Below are positions 38,432-52,669 of a DNA stretch of 64,000 bases, piece by piece. The DNA is from Schmidtea polychroa (taxonomy: Eukaryota), in contig CM097885.1 in NCBI GenBank assembly GCA_044892525.1, positions 18,230,001 to 18,294,000 of the forward strand. The letters run 5' to 3'. Numbering within the stretch: the stretch's first letter is position 1; every line of letters begins with the position of its first letter. The notes beneath the pieces are model-generated. The model did no database searches. It saw nothing but the letters and a program-made list of their open reading frames with translations, and was not told the origin of the DNA. The position numbers and the translations under genes are program-made.

Positions 38432-38475
38432 TGAAAGAATTTTCGACTATACGATAGTCCTTGTCAATCTCCTGG
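38432..38475 (-). ncRNA. Candidate minimal hammerhead ribozyme (U3-A8 core variant) in a Penelope pseudo-LTR region
   Basis: Minus strand reads GGAGA-TTGACAA-G-GACTAT(CGT)ATAGTC-GAAA-ATTC-TTTC, about 400 bp downstream of the co-oriented GIY-YIG ORF. Confidence 0.55.
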
Positions 38476-38876
38476 AATTTAGCAATGTTCTTCTTCAAAA
38501 TACCCTTCAATCTTTCTTTTGTTTCCTTTCTCTTAATTCTCATTGGTTGTAAATATAATGAATTGTTTTACTAAAAACTTTTAAAATTTTTTTATAATTT
38601 TTACATTTAAAATTTCAAAATGACACAAACTAAAATTTTTAAATTTTTTACAGCTTCTATAATTAGCTTCTAGAAGCCTAATAAAATATTTGAAAATATT
38701 TTAAATAAAGCCTCCAATAACTACTTATATATGCTATTTAAATATTTCAATAAATGTGTCAATTTTGATTTTCAAACCCTATTTTTTAAAATTTTTTTCT
38801 ATATTATTCTAATTATTACTTTTTAATTTATTCTTATTTTTTTAATTTCTTTGTATATTGTCAGTTATTCTCAAAG

Positions 38877-39179
38877 TCAATGACAACAGATCAAATTCAT
38901 GATTTCATTGATTTCTTCTTTAGTGTTGATCTTTGGCTGTCTGTTTATTATGAGAATTGCTTCTTTGATTCTGACATTTTTCTTTTGGATGTTTCCATTA
39001 GCTATGATTTCTATTGAAATATTTTTTCTTTCCTCTGTTGGCTGACACTGCCGGAGATGTCTGCCCAACGAGGATGTTCCACCAGGATCTAGATGTTCTT
39101 TAACTCTTTGGTGCAATGTCCTGAGGGTACTTCCAATGTAGATTTCATTGCATTCATTGCACGTGCAATATTTTAACAT
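38877..39179 (-). mobile_element. Penelope-like retroelement GIY-YIG endonuclease fragment
   Basis: YCTCNECNEIYIGSTLRTLHQRVKEH...H...C...KEAILIINRQPKIN. Confidence 0.88.
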
Positions 39180-39699
39180 TATTAAAAAATAGTATATATA
39201 CTACACCAAAATTCAGTAAATTCGCCCAAATTTTCTTAGGTTTTCCTGAATCTTAAAGAGGCAATCTCTGCGAGATTTAAAAATAAGACAGAACAGAAAG
39301 TCTAACATATTTTGTTTACAATCAAAACATAACACGCACGATATACATTATAACTATACATAACACGCATCGTTGAATAGCGAATTTTTGAGAAAGATCA
39401 AAGGATAAATTCTTGTAATTAAAAGGTTAATTTTATTTGTTAATAAATTTTGTTCAAACACTTTGTTTTTTATTCAAATAATTATATAGGAACCAGCAAG
39501 TTGGGGTTTTGAAAAGTGAGACCTCAACAATAACAATTAATTAATTCCCCCCTTTTTTAAATATATTTTTTGTAAATTAATATGTAGACATAAAAGAATA
39601 AATAAATAGGATAAATATTCATATAAGATAAAGATATATAAAGTATTTACAAAATGCCAACACATAAATATTCGTAATTGCCTGAGATGAAGATATATG

Positions 39700-41325
39700 A
39701 AGTATTTATCGACGAATGAATCACTGTTGATTGTGACATTGATTGTTTGAATTGATAGAGGCGTGATTGTTCGACTTGGCTATTGGAGTTGTGCGTGCTC
39801 TACGTAGATGTTTACCCGGTGTTTGTTTGGGCCGGTCCTATAGTATATTGTCAGCTCGAATTCTTTAATACTTCGACCTCTGTCATCCAACAGTTGTCTC
39901 ACAATGTTTCTCGCATCTATTGTTGGCACTCCGACGATTCTATTTTCGATATATAACTCGCGCAATTTGAATTATCAAAATAATAGCCAATATTCCGGCC
40001 ATCATTTGTCCGAATACCAGAAATCTACCTCATATATCTTTCATCATATTCGACGTAGCTTGTTGGAAATTATTTGGTGAAAAGAGTAATTCATAATTTA
40101 GTCCTTGTTGATAATTGGTTCATCATTTTATCGTTACCAAATTCGACAATATTGAGTTTCTTTGAGCAGAGAATAGTACATTTAGTCGAGCTGCTTCCAG
40201 ATCTTCACTCTTGTACATCCCTCTGTTTTGACACATCAATAGGACAAAAGTCTTGTTCCGTTGCTAGTTCCATTAATCCAAATTTCTTTGGTTCGGTTAT
40301 CTCTGACATTATTGATAACATTACCCATTTTTGCGACTGGTTTCTGGAACAAAGATCCGATTATCAATACTACAGTTAAATTGATTTGGCTGAAATCTAA
40401 CAGGATTTTTTATTCTGGAAACTGGCTGCATAAATAATTTTTGTCCTTGATGAGAAATTTCCAACCAATTGGCAAATTTTCCGATTGGTATGATTGATTT
40501 TTCTGGCATTCTCGCAAATTCTTAGCACATCCATATTTATATATATTTTTTCTACCATCCTACCAAAATATCCTTTTGGTAGAGGTAATAGAGGCATGAC
40601 ACTGTTTTGGTGAGTCATTGCTATGGTCAATTTTGTATTTATTTTTCTTTATTAAGCGTACAATCGTTTTGCGCAAATTCATGATATATTTTTTCATTTG
40701 ACGATTGTCCTTTATGTAATAAGAAATCCATCTTGTTGTTTAAATATAGATGCAGTTTCATATCCTCCTTATTTACTTTTCTGATCGCGTTATCGATAAT
40801 TTATCGAGATATAAATATTGCCGCATAGTAGGTCTGAAACCACAATCTTCCACATTTCGTATCTTGTTCGCCTCCATTGAATGTTATTCCAATATCTGGA
40901 TCATGTGTGATTAGTGCGGTTGGTGTCTTTATTTGCTAATTGTTTTGTTATTGCTGGAGCTCTAGATGGTATCCCGTTTTTCATTGTGATAATATTCTTT
41001 ATATCCATGTCCTCCGGATCCTCTTCGAATATTTCACCTTTTACTTCATCGAATATTACGATTTGCAAGAACTGAAAACGATATTTCTGAATTTACGCGT
41101 CATCTATGATGGTTAATTGTCTAGTTCTACAAACTTTATTAGTGGCTTTGCAGTAAGGGTTGGTTTTCATTTGTTAATTTGATGCATCTAATTGTGCTTC
41201 GTATTCTTTTATTTCCACAGAGGTTTCGATAACCACTACATTTGACACTGATTCTCCTCTCAGGGCATACGTTCCTCCTTGACATGATCCATGTGCTGAG
41301 CTAATACTTCCTAATACATTTGGCT
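39700..41325 (-). pseudogene. Decayed chuvirus-like glycoprotein (endogenous viral element or retroelement env)
   Basis: Manual translation gives GSISSAHGSCQGGTYALRGESVSNVVVIETSVEIKEYEA, then PKGYFGRMVEKIYI and WLEISHQGQKLFMQPVSRI in the order I recall for chuvirus-type G proteins; many stops and frameshifts. Confidence 0.6.
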
Positions 41326-41513
41326 TTTATTTTCAATGTAAAAAATTAATTTAATTCAATTTCATTATCTGTAACGTGCATTGTGCAAATAAAATAGCAC
41401 CAGTGTAAAAGTGAATATTTTACAATACTTTTTCACATTTTTAAAATTTAATTTATATAAACAAATATCGACCAATCAAAATATTTTATTTAAAAATTGG
41501 AATAATATTTTCA

Positions 41514-43271
41514 TTAGATATTTGTTGCGATGTCTTTCATAATTCTAAGGCATACCTCCTCTCGCCACATCATTGAGACGCTTTGTACTCCTATGGGCAT
41601 ACCAATAGAATCCTTTTGATATTCCAGAATCTTACGGTGGATTTTACTATCTCTTGGGTAATTTTCCAGGAGACTATCAATGTCATTTTGATTTACGGTG
41701 GTAACAGGTGTAGATCCCGCTGGATAATCCAGTAAATTGTAGATTGATGTATATGCAATAACACTTTCCAGCTCTTGAGATTTGTGTAATGGTGGAGCAC
41801 ATATTGGCAATGTCGGACAAATTAAACCATCCAATTTCTCATTTTGCCAGTGGACTAAAACCTTTTCGCGATAATCAATAACCCTATCTTTAAATTGCCA
41901 TAGTTTATAAACGGAAGGTATCGCCATGGTTGCATTCAATAAAATACTCGAGCTCTTATCGAATGGATAAAGTAGAAAACTTAAACATTTTTTAAGCAAA
42001 TTTGGCATTTTGAATAATGTAACGTAATTTAGAATGCAGTGATCAACGGGATTATTTTTCAAACATTCTTTTTTGAAACCTTCACCACCGTCATTTAATA
42101 GACTTCTCAAAAAAATTTCGGATACTGCAGAATCAATCTCTGGTATTTGGAATTCCACCAATTTGTGTCCAGCTGATTCTAATGCCTTTTTTGCCATCAA
42201 AACCGCCCGTTCTACAGCTGGTACTGGAGTCACCTGACTGCCCCCTAGATGAATATAATAACCTATTTTTAATGGCCGTTTGTCTTCGAAAACATTAATA
42301 TCAAAGCATATAGGAGGGCAATATGGATCCAATTGAAACGAATCTCTGTTTGTCATCATTTTATAAACAGCAACTAAATCATCAATATGACGCGCCATTG
42401 GCCCATAGGATTCACAAACGAAATTTGGATATGGAAACATACATTTGGAATCGCGTTTACTAATCCTTGGTGAACTGGGTTTGAATCCATATATCCCACA
42501 ATAATGAGAAGGAATACGAATACTTCCTCCAATGTCACTTCCTAATCCTATCAACGACGCACCACATCCTAATATAGCTCCCTCTCCGCCTGAACTGCCT
42601 CCACTTGTTCGACCTTTATTGAATGGATTTAACGTTTCCCCATATATAGGATTTGAAGATTCTATAGCAAGACAACCTTGACTGAGATTGGTTTTAAGAA
42701 ATGGAATAAATCCGTGTAACTTCAAAATTTGAATTATAATCTCATCTTCCTTTGCTGGATTAGAAACTTGATCTAGCATTCCATTAGTGCAATCACAATG
42801 TTTCAACACAAAACATTCTTTCACACTTATTGGAATGTTAATGATTTTCTTGTCGACTGATTCACGAGAAATATCTAATTCTGCATTGGGATTCAAATCA
42901 GTTATAAAATTATATTCCTTATCCATTATTAGAGCTTTTGCTTGGTATGCTTGAAGAACATCAAGTGATGTAAATTCTCCTTTTTCAATAGCTTCATGTA
43001 AATCACTCAATTTCAAATTCGTAATCTTATCCATATTATTTATTGGAGTTCCAAGATCTTTTAGTTTTTTCAACAGTTCACTTTTCTTATGACTTAATTC
43101 CTTTTGCTTTTCTTTAATCTGAGCATTGTTACGATTGCTACGATAGTAACAATATCCCGCATAACCAATTGTACCAAATATTAATGGATAAGAAATTTTT
43201 TTTATTGTATCTTTTAATTCTTGATCAATATGGCACATTTGATGCATTTTCGATTGATAAATAATTGACAA
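41514..43271 (-). CDS. FAAH: Fatty-acid amide hydrolase-like amidase-signature enzyme, intronless; true start probably the Met at codon 9 or 12 because this copy begins with TTG
   Basis: PISVKE (catalytic Lys), GGSSGGEG, GSDIGGSIRIPSHYCGIYGFKP, N-terminal hydrophobic segment, YTSIYNLLDYPAG, GMPIGVQ. Confidence 0.92.
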   Translation of the reverse strand: MSIIYQSKMHQMCHIDQELKDTIKKISYPLIFGTIGYAGYCYYRSNRNNAQIKEKQKELSHKKSELLKKLKDLGTPINNMDKITNLKLSDLHEAIEKGEFTSLDVLQAYQAKALIMDKEYNFITDLNPNAELDISRESVDKKIINIPISVKECFVLKHCDCTNGMLDQVSNPAKEDEIIIQILKLHGFIPFLKTNLSQGCLAIESSNPIYGETLNPFNKGRTSGGSSGGEGAILGCGASLIGLGSDIGGSIRIPSHYCGIYGFKPSSPRISKRDSKCMFPYPNFVCESYGPMARHIDDLVAVYKMMTNRDSFQLDPYCPPICFDINVFEDKRPLKIGYYIHLGGSQVTPVPAVERAVLMAKKALESAGHKLVEFQIPEIDSAVSEIFLRSLLNDGGEGFKKECLKNNPVDHCILNYVTLFKMPNLLKKCLSFLLYPFDKSSSILLNATMAIPSVYKLWQFKDRVIDYREKVLVHWQNEKLDGLICPTLPICAPPLHKSQELESVIAYTSIYNLLDYPAGSTPVTTVNQNDIDSLLENYPRDSKIHRKILEYQKDSIGMPIGVQSVSMMWREEVCLRIMKDIATNI

Positions 43272-44341
43272 AAATAATTTACTTTCGATTCAGATTGAAT
43301 CTTAATATTTCTAAAATGTAAGTCACTTTCTAGGTTATATAGTATATAGAACATCAAAATAGTTTTCTTAGTAAAACATTACAAAATAAAATTTTAAATA
43401 ATGAATCTTTAATTTGAAACTATGTAAAAAATCGTGTCAGTGAAATTTAAATGCTGAATATTTTTTATATAAAATAGAAAATTTGAATTCCTAAAAAAAT
43501 TCAATTAATTCGGTTTTCTGAACTAAAAATTTTAAATAATAATATTTTCAGAATCAATATTTTTTTTCATTATCCAAAATAATATCAATGCTTATATGTC
43601 GCTTTTGGAATAATTTTACCCAGAGTGTTAATTAGTAAGTTTTTAATTATTTTAGTGATTAAAAACAAGTTAAAATAAAAAAACTGTAAATAATTTATTT
43701 ATGTTTAAATAACTAAAAATCTTTATTGATAAAAGTTTTGTTTTAATATGTGAAGCCTTTGTTTAGAGAACAACTTTGTAATATAGAAAATAATATTAAG
43801 TAAAGGTCATTAGAGAGTTAAGTGGGAATATTCTATGAGGATGCAAATCATTCAAGCTGTACTAGTTAACGATAAGTATAAATTTTGGAATGAAAAAAAT
43901 TCAATCGATCACAACTTGAAAATGAAATATTAGCATATTACTGAAACATCATAATTATGTAAGAGGTAAGTGGCACGGTATGAAATGACTTACGAAACAA
44001 AATATAATTAAAAGTACTTAACGGATAGCAACTATGATAAAAAATTTGTAACAAAAATAAAAAATGTTTTAAGTTATTTTCTCGAATAGTGCCTGATTGT
44101 GTTTATTTTGACCCTTAAATACGAACAGTGTTTAAAAATCTTTAAGTCGATATTTGAATTCAGCGATTTTCTTTCAAATCGAATCAAAGGAACATTTTTA
44201 AAATGAATCAAACACTGCTGAAAGAATTGCCCGAGATTTTAAAAAGCAAGGAAGGTTAGACATCGTATAAGTCATTAATAAACATCATTAATAAAAAACA
44301 ACAAAAATTATGCCGGAAAAAATGATTCAAAAATATGTATA

Positions 44342-44560
44342 TTAACACTAGATTTACGGCATCGTCAAATTGGCGGATTTCCGATTTGCTTTGCAAACTT
44401 TATTAAATAGACAGCATTTTTTTGTTATTTCTTACGACTTTTTATAACTAAAAGTGTAAATATATTTACTGTTTTTTTATTTTCCTAAACTTAATTTTTT
44501 TGAAAATCTAGTCACTATATACCTATCTCTACAAACAACCGTCAAATTAACGGATTTGGT
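44342..44560. mobile_element. Possible piggyBac-like element end
   Basis: TTAA-CACTAGATTTACGG start and repeated CGTCAAATTGGCGGATTT / CGTCAAATTAACGGATTT subterminal motif; partner end not found. Confidence 0.35.
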
Positions 44561-45702
44561 AATTTAATAAATATTATTTTTTATTTTATAAATTAATTGT
44601 CTACCGTCTCTCCCCGAGGAGTTTGTGCGTACATCATAATCGAATAGATTGTGCGCGCAATCTATTGGAAAAAAACTTATTGAAATTATAAAAAATAAAT
44701 TTCTTATTTAAATTCTTAATTAGAATGCGCTATAAAATACAACTCATTATCATAATACTAAGATTTTTAAATTTTATAAATATTTTTATTAAAAAACAAA
44801 ATTAAAAAAAATTAACAAACTAAATTTAAAAAAATAGTACTGAGTAATTATTTGGATTGATATTCATTTCATGTATCCAAAATTATCCTTAAATTTGATC
44901 ATTATTATAGTTTTAGTTGAAAAATCACACTCATTGAATAAAATACATTCTGAATAAGTCATCTTTTAAAACAATTAGATTAATCTTTATGTCAAATAGA
45001 CTGGAAAATGCAAACAACTCCATTTTACTTTCAGTTAAGATATCTTTTTTCAACATGTTCCTTCATCTTGATCAAAAAGTTCAGAAAGAATTTCTAGTAG
45101 CAAAAGGAAATAAAACAAGCCTGAGTGTATCAACGAGAACTAATTCAGGAATTCTGCAACCAATGTTGAGAATTTTGAAAAGTACTTCTGAATCGAGGGA
45201 CACGGGAAATTTGGAACTCATGATGGAAAAAAATTTAATTCGGTCGCCTCGATCTGAATTTATTTGAAATATTTCTGTACAAAAAATCAATTCGTTTCGA
45301 GTTCCCCGATGTCAAACAATATTGAAGTGAATCTTATATAAATATAAATTTTTCTTGTTATGTTTATGAAATTTGCGGTGAGATTTTAAAAAGTGCAAAT
45401 ATATGAGAGTTCGCAAACTATTAAAAAAAATAGCTAATAACCCTCGGCATACTCTTCAAGGGGACGATCGATTTAATAGATATAAAATTCTTTCATAATA
45501 TCTTTAATATCTAAAAAGTTCATAATATTATTTTCTACTGATATGATTGACAAATCTGTTAGACGAGATAGTCGAACGCAAATAATCTTTTATCAATTTT
45601 AGTTTGGAAAATCTTCTTTCTCCTGATGCTACAGATATTATCTGCGTTAAGTAAATACGAATTACAATTGATGTATTCGGAAACATACAAGTTAAAGGAT
45701 AT

Positions 45703-45859
45703 ATTTACTAAAAAGCGAGCTTGAAGACTATAAATCAATAATATATCGATGAATTCATTTTGAAATTCACTTGAAAAAGGCAGTGCTGAAAATTCGTGAG
45801 TATCAAAAAACGTCGATATATTACTGATTTATAGTCTTCAAGCTCTCTTTTTAATAAAT
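45703..45859. mobile_element. Small foldback/MITE insertion
   Basis: About 45-bp IRs AAAAAGCGAGCTTGAAGACTATAAATCAATAATATATCGA / TCGATATATTACTGATTTATAGTCTTCAAGCTCTCTTTTT. Confidence 0.75.
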
Positions 45860-45913
45860 TCAATGGAAAAAATAATCAGTGATGAAATTGGAAAAAAATG
45901 TTCTTATAAAAAA

Positions 45914-46031
<118 letters not shown>

Positions 46032-47599
46032 TGAGGCGTTGATTCTTTACTAACAAAACATTGAAAGGCTTTTTTTAATAAAGCTACACCATCAATATCA
46101 TGAAACAGTTTCAAACGTAAATCTTTACAATGTTCCATTAAATCTTCATCGCGCCAAGCTGACAATATGCTGATTCCCTTTATAGCTTTAAATTCTTTGC
46201 TATGTCCTTTCAACGGCGCGAATCTGTCCGTGATTGAATTAAGTATCGTATCTAAAATAAGAAAGACAAATTTATTTTAAAACTTTTCTTCGGATCTTGT
46301 AATGTTTCATTTGATGCTTCGTATTCAAACATTTTTGTTTTTTACTACGTCGAATTTCTGGAAAAGAGCAAATAATTTCAAAATCATTTGCTTTCTCTTT
46401 TTGTATGTAATAATGTTTTCAAAATGTTGCTTTGTTCGGCACATATTTTGTTGTAGCATGATAGAATGAAGATTTCTATAATTTTTGTTATGTCATATGT
46501 CGTCTTTTGCATCATATTACTTGCAACATTTACAAGGGTAAAGATTTCATACTAAACAAGAAAAGAGCAAATTGTTAGGTTATTACTGTTAAAGTCGGTA
46601 CTGATTCTGACTCCTCGTGCTCTTTGTTTCAATTATCAAAATAAAACCCAACACAAAATACTTTATAAAATATCAACATATTTTGATACAAAGTTCTCTA
46701 TTACCTTGTTTTAGTTCTGCCTTCTTTTATAAAAATCGAAAGCAGGTGACCCTAAGAGAAACTGCTTTATTCAGATTTGGCATGATATTTATCTCCTTAA
46801 AATTTGAATTGTGTAAGCTTCTTGATCTTTAATCACGATAAAGTACTTTCCTCTCTTCGACCCAATGGCATTTTCCCAACATTATCATTTATTGTTATAT
46901 TGCTGCTCATCCCACCTACTCGCACAATTAAATTAGCATCTACCAAAATTTCGCAAAACAAAATAATTGAATAGGCACCCTCTCGCCTTTATTCACAGAT
47001 CTCATTTTCCTAATTTAAAACTCATAACTTTCAAAGGAAGCCTAATTATGTTATCCAGTTGTTTAGCACTCGAGTTTCTCATGTTTCAGGTTTTCTAAAA
47101 GGCTCGTGTTTTCTACATGGGTCGGGCCTCCCACATACGTTATAAATTATTCATTTACTTTTAATTAATTCGTATTTATTCAATGTCTTTTTTTTGGGGG
47201 GGGGGGGGGTCCCCCATCGGTTTTATATTAGTATATCTGTGTTAGTCTCAACGTTCGCTATCCTTACATACCAATTTCCCCCGGAATACGTCATTTTGAT
47301 TTTTTTTCAAATTTTTAATTAATTTAGGATTTTTATAGGTTTTTGCATTTTATTGATTTGTACATTTAATGTTTTTCACATTCTAACTTAATTTGAGCTT
47401 ATTTTTTACGAACCCCAACAAAATAAATTGAAAGGAACAAAGGACCTCTTAGTTCCATATGTTTGGTTTCATCTTCCGTAGTTTCAAAAAGGGCCTGTTA
47501 TTATATTTAAGTGGTCTTATCACTCCTACTTAACTTTCCAACCTAGTATTTGAAAGTTTTTTTAATTCACACCACATATGTTTTTTAACATAGTCTATT

Positions 47600-47860
47600 A
47601 CTTTACAGATACTAGAAAATAATTATATAGTTTATGTATTATTCTAAAGAAGTTCATAGTTTCACAAGAAATTTGGTTGACAGTTCAAAAATACATATAT
47701 ATTATTGGGAAGGTATCTGGGTTCCTCATCAATTGTCATATATAATCAAAAATCAGCGACGAACTATTTGCACTTCGTTACTGTACTTCGAGTAATCCAT
47801 TTTTAGGTAGAATCATCAGCGGTAATCAGAAATGGGTTCTCTACTGCAACTTGAAACAAA
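47600..47860 (+). pseudogene. mariner transposase relic
   Basis: WVPHQLS (about 47718) and PFLGRIISGNQKWVLYCN resemble mariner WVPHEL and FLxRIVTGDEKW. Confidence 0.75.
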
Positions 47861-50800
47861 AGTAGTAAAAAAAGTGGACGATATCTTAATCCAAGCTGTG
47901 GATAGATTCTTGCAACTAGTTAACAGTAGTTAAGTAGTCATAGTCAAAATACTTGTTAGGTTCGAAGCGGTATTCGATCAAACACAAGAAGGTTCGACTC
48001 CACAAATTATGTAATAGGTTGCGCGTGAATATTTTGATAATAAATAAATAAATAACAATATGATTTATACTAAAATTTTATTTAAAACTAATTAAATTAC
48101 GAGAAAAAAACTCGATAGACTAAAAAGGAAACTGGCTACTCTCAATGTTAAGATATCGGTTATTCAAACCGCCCTGGAGATTATTTCTAAGTATCAAGAT
48201 TGGCCCTAAATGCGCCAACAGCCCGACATAGGTGCAATGATAAAGAAGAGGGATTTCCGAAATTTAAGCGCGATACTATTAACCTAGATAAATGGTTAAT
48301 AGTTTTATTTAAACCAGTCAAAACAGCTACAAAAAGTGTTGGCTGATGACTGAACCCTTTGGATATATTTATATATTTAAAATTGAATAATTTTTTTAAC
48401 TGTAAATGATTAATAGACTAACTAAGATGATCTTTTAACTCTTGTGAATTGTGGTGAATAAATTAGACAATAAAATCAGCAATAGATATTCCAATCGAAA
48501 AATTTCCAAACTGTTTTCTTTTCTAATCACTGATTGATAAATATTTGGCTAATAAATTCCGATGAAAATTAAAACTATCGAGATTGGTTGCTAAAATTAA
48601 CTTTGATTTGGATTTATTAATAGTAAGCCTCCTATAAAATATATTCTTTTTCTTTTCGTATCTCTTATTATTCCCCCCTAAACTAAAATTTATAACAGTA
48701 TTTATATTATTTTTATTTAAGCTATTCTATAAATAGTAATTATTTAATTACTATTTTTACTACTTGTTTTTATTTAATTACTATTTTTTATTATTAATCT
48801 AAATATAGTAATTGTTTATTACTATTTATATTTTGTTTCTATCATTAGTAATTATTTTCTATTTTAGGTAATTTTAAAATACTATTTTTAATTTATTTTT
48901 GTTTCTTTCCTAACCTGTCTTTATTTCCCTATCTTGGCTCCTATTGAACCCCAACATACTGACAGAAGGACTAATAGGTGTAGCTCAAACAAAAACAGAA
49001 AATCTCATAAATTAGCTGAAAGACGCTTCGAAATGGCTGGGAAGAACATATGGGGACAAATGAAAGCTTTACGGCAAAGAAATCATTGTTGAACAGAATC
49101 AGAGAAGCAATGCATACACTCAACAAAATATATGGAATCAAAGTCAACTTTACATAGAGAAAAATATCAACTGAATGCAACATTTTCAAAATTTTGAATT
49201 TATATAATCTTCGTTGATCACTGCAAATGTGTACATCACGTCATTTTTCAAGGGTTAAGGCTAGTCATAAAAATACATTTTGAAATACGCCTAAATCGGC
49301 AGTAATATGAAAAATATAATGAAATTAAATAACAGAAATAATATATAATAATTTATAGAAAAAAAACTTACACCCAGCAAATAAGTACAAAATTCTTTAA
49401 GATATTATCTATTTTAAAATTTGAAAGTTGAGGGGGCCATTCCTAATTAGCAAGTTGGCTGCTGCTTGGACTGCCCTAATAAAGAACATTTGGCGATATC
49501 CAAAATATTTAATTTCAAAAATGTAGGAAGTATTTTAAAATTCTTCCTGTATATTTTTACAAATTTGCAAATATCTAATACTATACATTTTTATACTCTC
49601 AAGGTTTCCACTTGTGAAAACGTATTCGGATATGAATTCACTGAAACGTTAGTGAAAATATATTCTCACTGGTAATACAAATTCACTGTAACATATATAT
49701 AAAACCATGGAATTTTATCAATTTGATGAAAGTCTGTTTCCTCCGCAGATGAGTTATTTCTAAAACCCAATATTACAAAATTCGAAACATCAGATTTTCA
49801 TAGAGGCCACTGTCGCGCTTCTATCTTGGATTCATTATGGTATCAACACAAATTTTCCTATTCTTCATATTTTCATGCACCATCAATATTCGAAGTTTTA
49901 TTAATGAAAAAATCAAATCCCATTAAAAATCCTCAAACGAACGACAGACCAGCCATGATTGAAGCTATACGAAAAATAATTTGATCAATAATCACTCATT
50001 GATCTTGAACTGCAAATCAGTTGTCTATGGTAAATTAAATTCGTCGATTCCTGGATTTTCTTATGGATTTATTTTAAATATCGGTCTTTTGTTCCTACAC
50101 TTCTTAAAATAATTCCTTCTGATTTTGTAAAAGTTTATGTGGGGAATTCTAACCTAGATTGAAGTAAATATTATCCGGATGGGCAATTGAAATCAAGATT
50201 GGAAAAACTGTTACTTTTGCTGGTCGGATAAATATTATTAAAATTTAATTTAAATATAATTGAATTAAAGTTTTATTTATAACTTTAAAATTGGTTTACA
50301 TATTATTTATTAGAAGAAGACGTGGCCAAAAAACATTTCCTGCAATTCGACACAAACCCACCTTTTAACTCCACAATTTACATCAAATTTTACACTGCTG
50401 CCACTATTCATAAAAGTAAGGATGTCTGGTAACTATCTCGTGGTACTTTTTACATTAAACATCGATATGTTGAATCATATCAAGTAGTTTCTTCTAAGGA
50501 TAATGACATATTAACCATTTCACGAGAAAACAAACATATCGCAATAAATATTTACAATGTGAAACGGCATTTGGATTTGACCACATTGATGTTGACAAGA
50601 AACAGACTCTAAAACCCGAAATAAACACTAACCCATCTCATACTTCAACATATTTTCCTCAACATCTATTATCCAATCCTGTCAAAAATACCGTCGCATC
50701 ACTCAACCTAACAATAATAATGGTTACCCGTTCACTGGTCTCCACACAGAGCTTGAGTGTAAACCCCGAATACATACTATTATTGGTCTTTCTGAGGCTA

Positions 50801-52669
50801 GTTGGAGAACTCCGAAGTGGTTAGATGGGTTAAAATCTGCAAGGAAAAATTAGAATTTTGGCTGATAATTGAAAGAGCAATAGTTTTGAGTAAATGCCCT
50901 AATAAGTAAATAACTAGACAATCCCCATATAATGTGAGATGAACGCTGCGCAAAGAATTTGATGAGAATAAAAACTTAACTGGATTCAGAAATTAAATGT
51001 CAAATTCAAAGGTAGGACGCTGTTTAAAGTTTGAAAGCCGCCAGAGACAACTGAATATTTAAGAGATCTAGGAATCAATTATCAACGCGAGAAATTCAAT
51101 GAAATTTTTGAAAGGTGAGGACATTGATTAAACATTCAATAATGGAGACCATGAAAAAAGAGCCTTAAAATTGCAATAATTCCATAAATGAATATAGAAT
51201 TATAAAGCAACGTAAGGCCTTTTATCGACAGTCATGAATTCGAAAGTGAAAGGCAATGAGGAGTAATTCTAGTAATGGAGCTCACCTCGTTATTAATTTT
51301 TACTCACTGTAAATTATCAGCATGGTCGTCGCCATGAATACATGGATAGTAGATAGTAAAATAGTAATGAATGCGGTTTCAGGAAGAGTTGCTGACAAAT
51401 ATATCAGTGTCCCTATAGTATTTAAACAACATACCACGTAAGCGCTAACAATATATTATAAATAATTTAATAGAAACTAATCAATTAATTAATTGCTTGA
51501 TCCAGTGACCGGAAAAAATAACACATAATGTAAGCTGACCATATTTTTATCTCCATTTTACATTTAATATTGTTTTTTTATTATTTGATTAAAACCTTAA
51601 TGTATGAAATTTCCTTAACAGAAAAGGTGCGAAGATCATAAAAGATTTTGTGTTCCAAAAAGTCAGTAATGTCACCTGATGCCAGCCCACCGTCAAAGGT
51701 GTTTCTTTTGCGTTTGATAAATCTATTGTCTTTTCGTTTGTTTCAATAAATTAAAAAAAAGTCAAATAGATGTCAATAGATTTCAAATATTAATTTTAAA
51801 CAAAACACTTAAGTGCAACAATCCTGACTGTCCCAAAAGCTTTTAAGACCGCCCTATCAGACTAAAAATATTCCTTTTCGTAAGTCACAAACAATTACAA
51901 ATTCAGTAAGAATTTAAACATATATATAGAGTGACCACCTTAATTTACAATCAACCCGAGAATTTGAAAATAAAACGGATTATTTATTTTCACCAATTTT
52001 TTTCTCAATTTATTCAAGATTTCAATTGAATAAAGAATTTATTAAAATAAAAAAATTATTTATTAAATTTAAACGTATATTTTAAATTCTTACAAAAGGG
52101 GCAAAAATAAGCAAAAATTATTCTCATTAAATACCCAACGGACCTAAATGAATGTATAATTTCAAATCTCTGATTTAAAATATTTTAAGTAACTTTTAAT
52201 GAACTAAAATAAAGAAACCAGAGAAATGGCTTGACCTGAACGGAGATATGTTGAAAATAACGGACATCTCCGGATGGAACCAAAGAGGTGGTCACCCTAC
52301 ATATATAACAGCCTCCATGGAAAAACGATCAATTTGTGCTTTAGCATCACAATATTAACTCCATAGATTCAAACATTTTCCATCAAAATAATTAATTTCT
52401 AAAATAGAATCTAAAAGTCGGTCAAATGTAACTATTTACTAAAACAAACCAATTCAACCACATCAAAAACATTTTGCCTCAATTTCCAATATAAAAAATT
52501 AATTTAATTCAATTTCATTATCTGTAACGTGTATTGTGCAAATAAAATAGCACCTGTGTAAAAGTGAATATTTTACAATACTTTTTCACATTTTTAAAAT
52601 TTAATTTATATAAACAAATATCGACCAATCAAAATATTTTATTTAAAAATTGGAAAAATAATATTTTCA

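Noticed and set aside
44989..45290. Possible host exon fragment (PUL-domain-like VDTLRL)
   Set aside because: Similarity too weak, stops nearby, no supporting exons.
48960..51330. Several coding-looking stretches (possible Harbinger or LINE relics)
   Set aside because: Too decayed to assign a family by eye.
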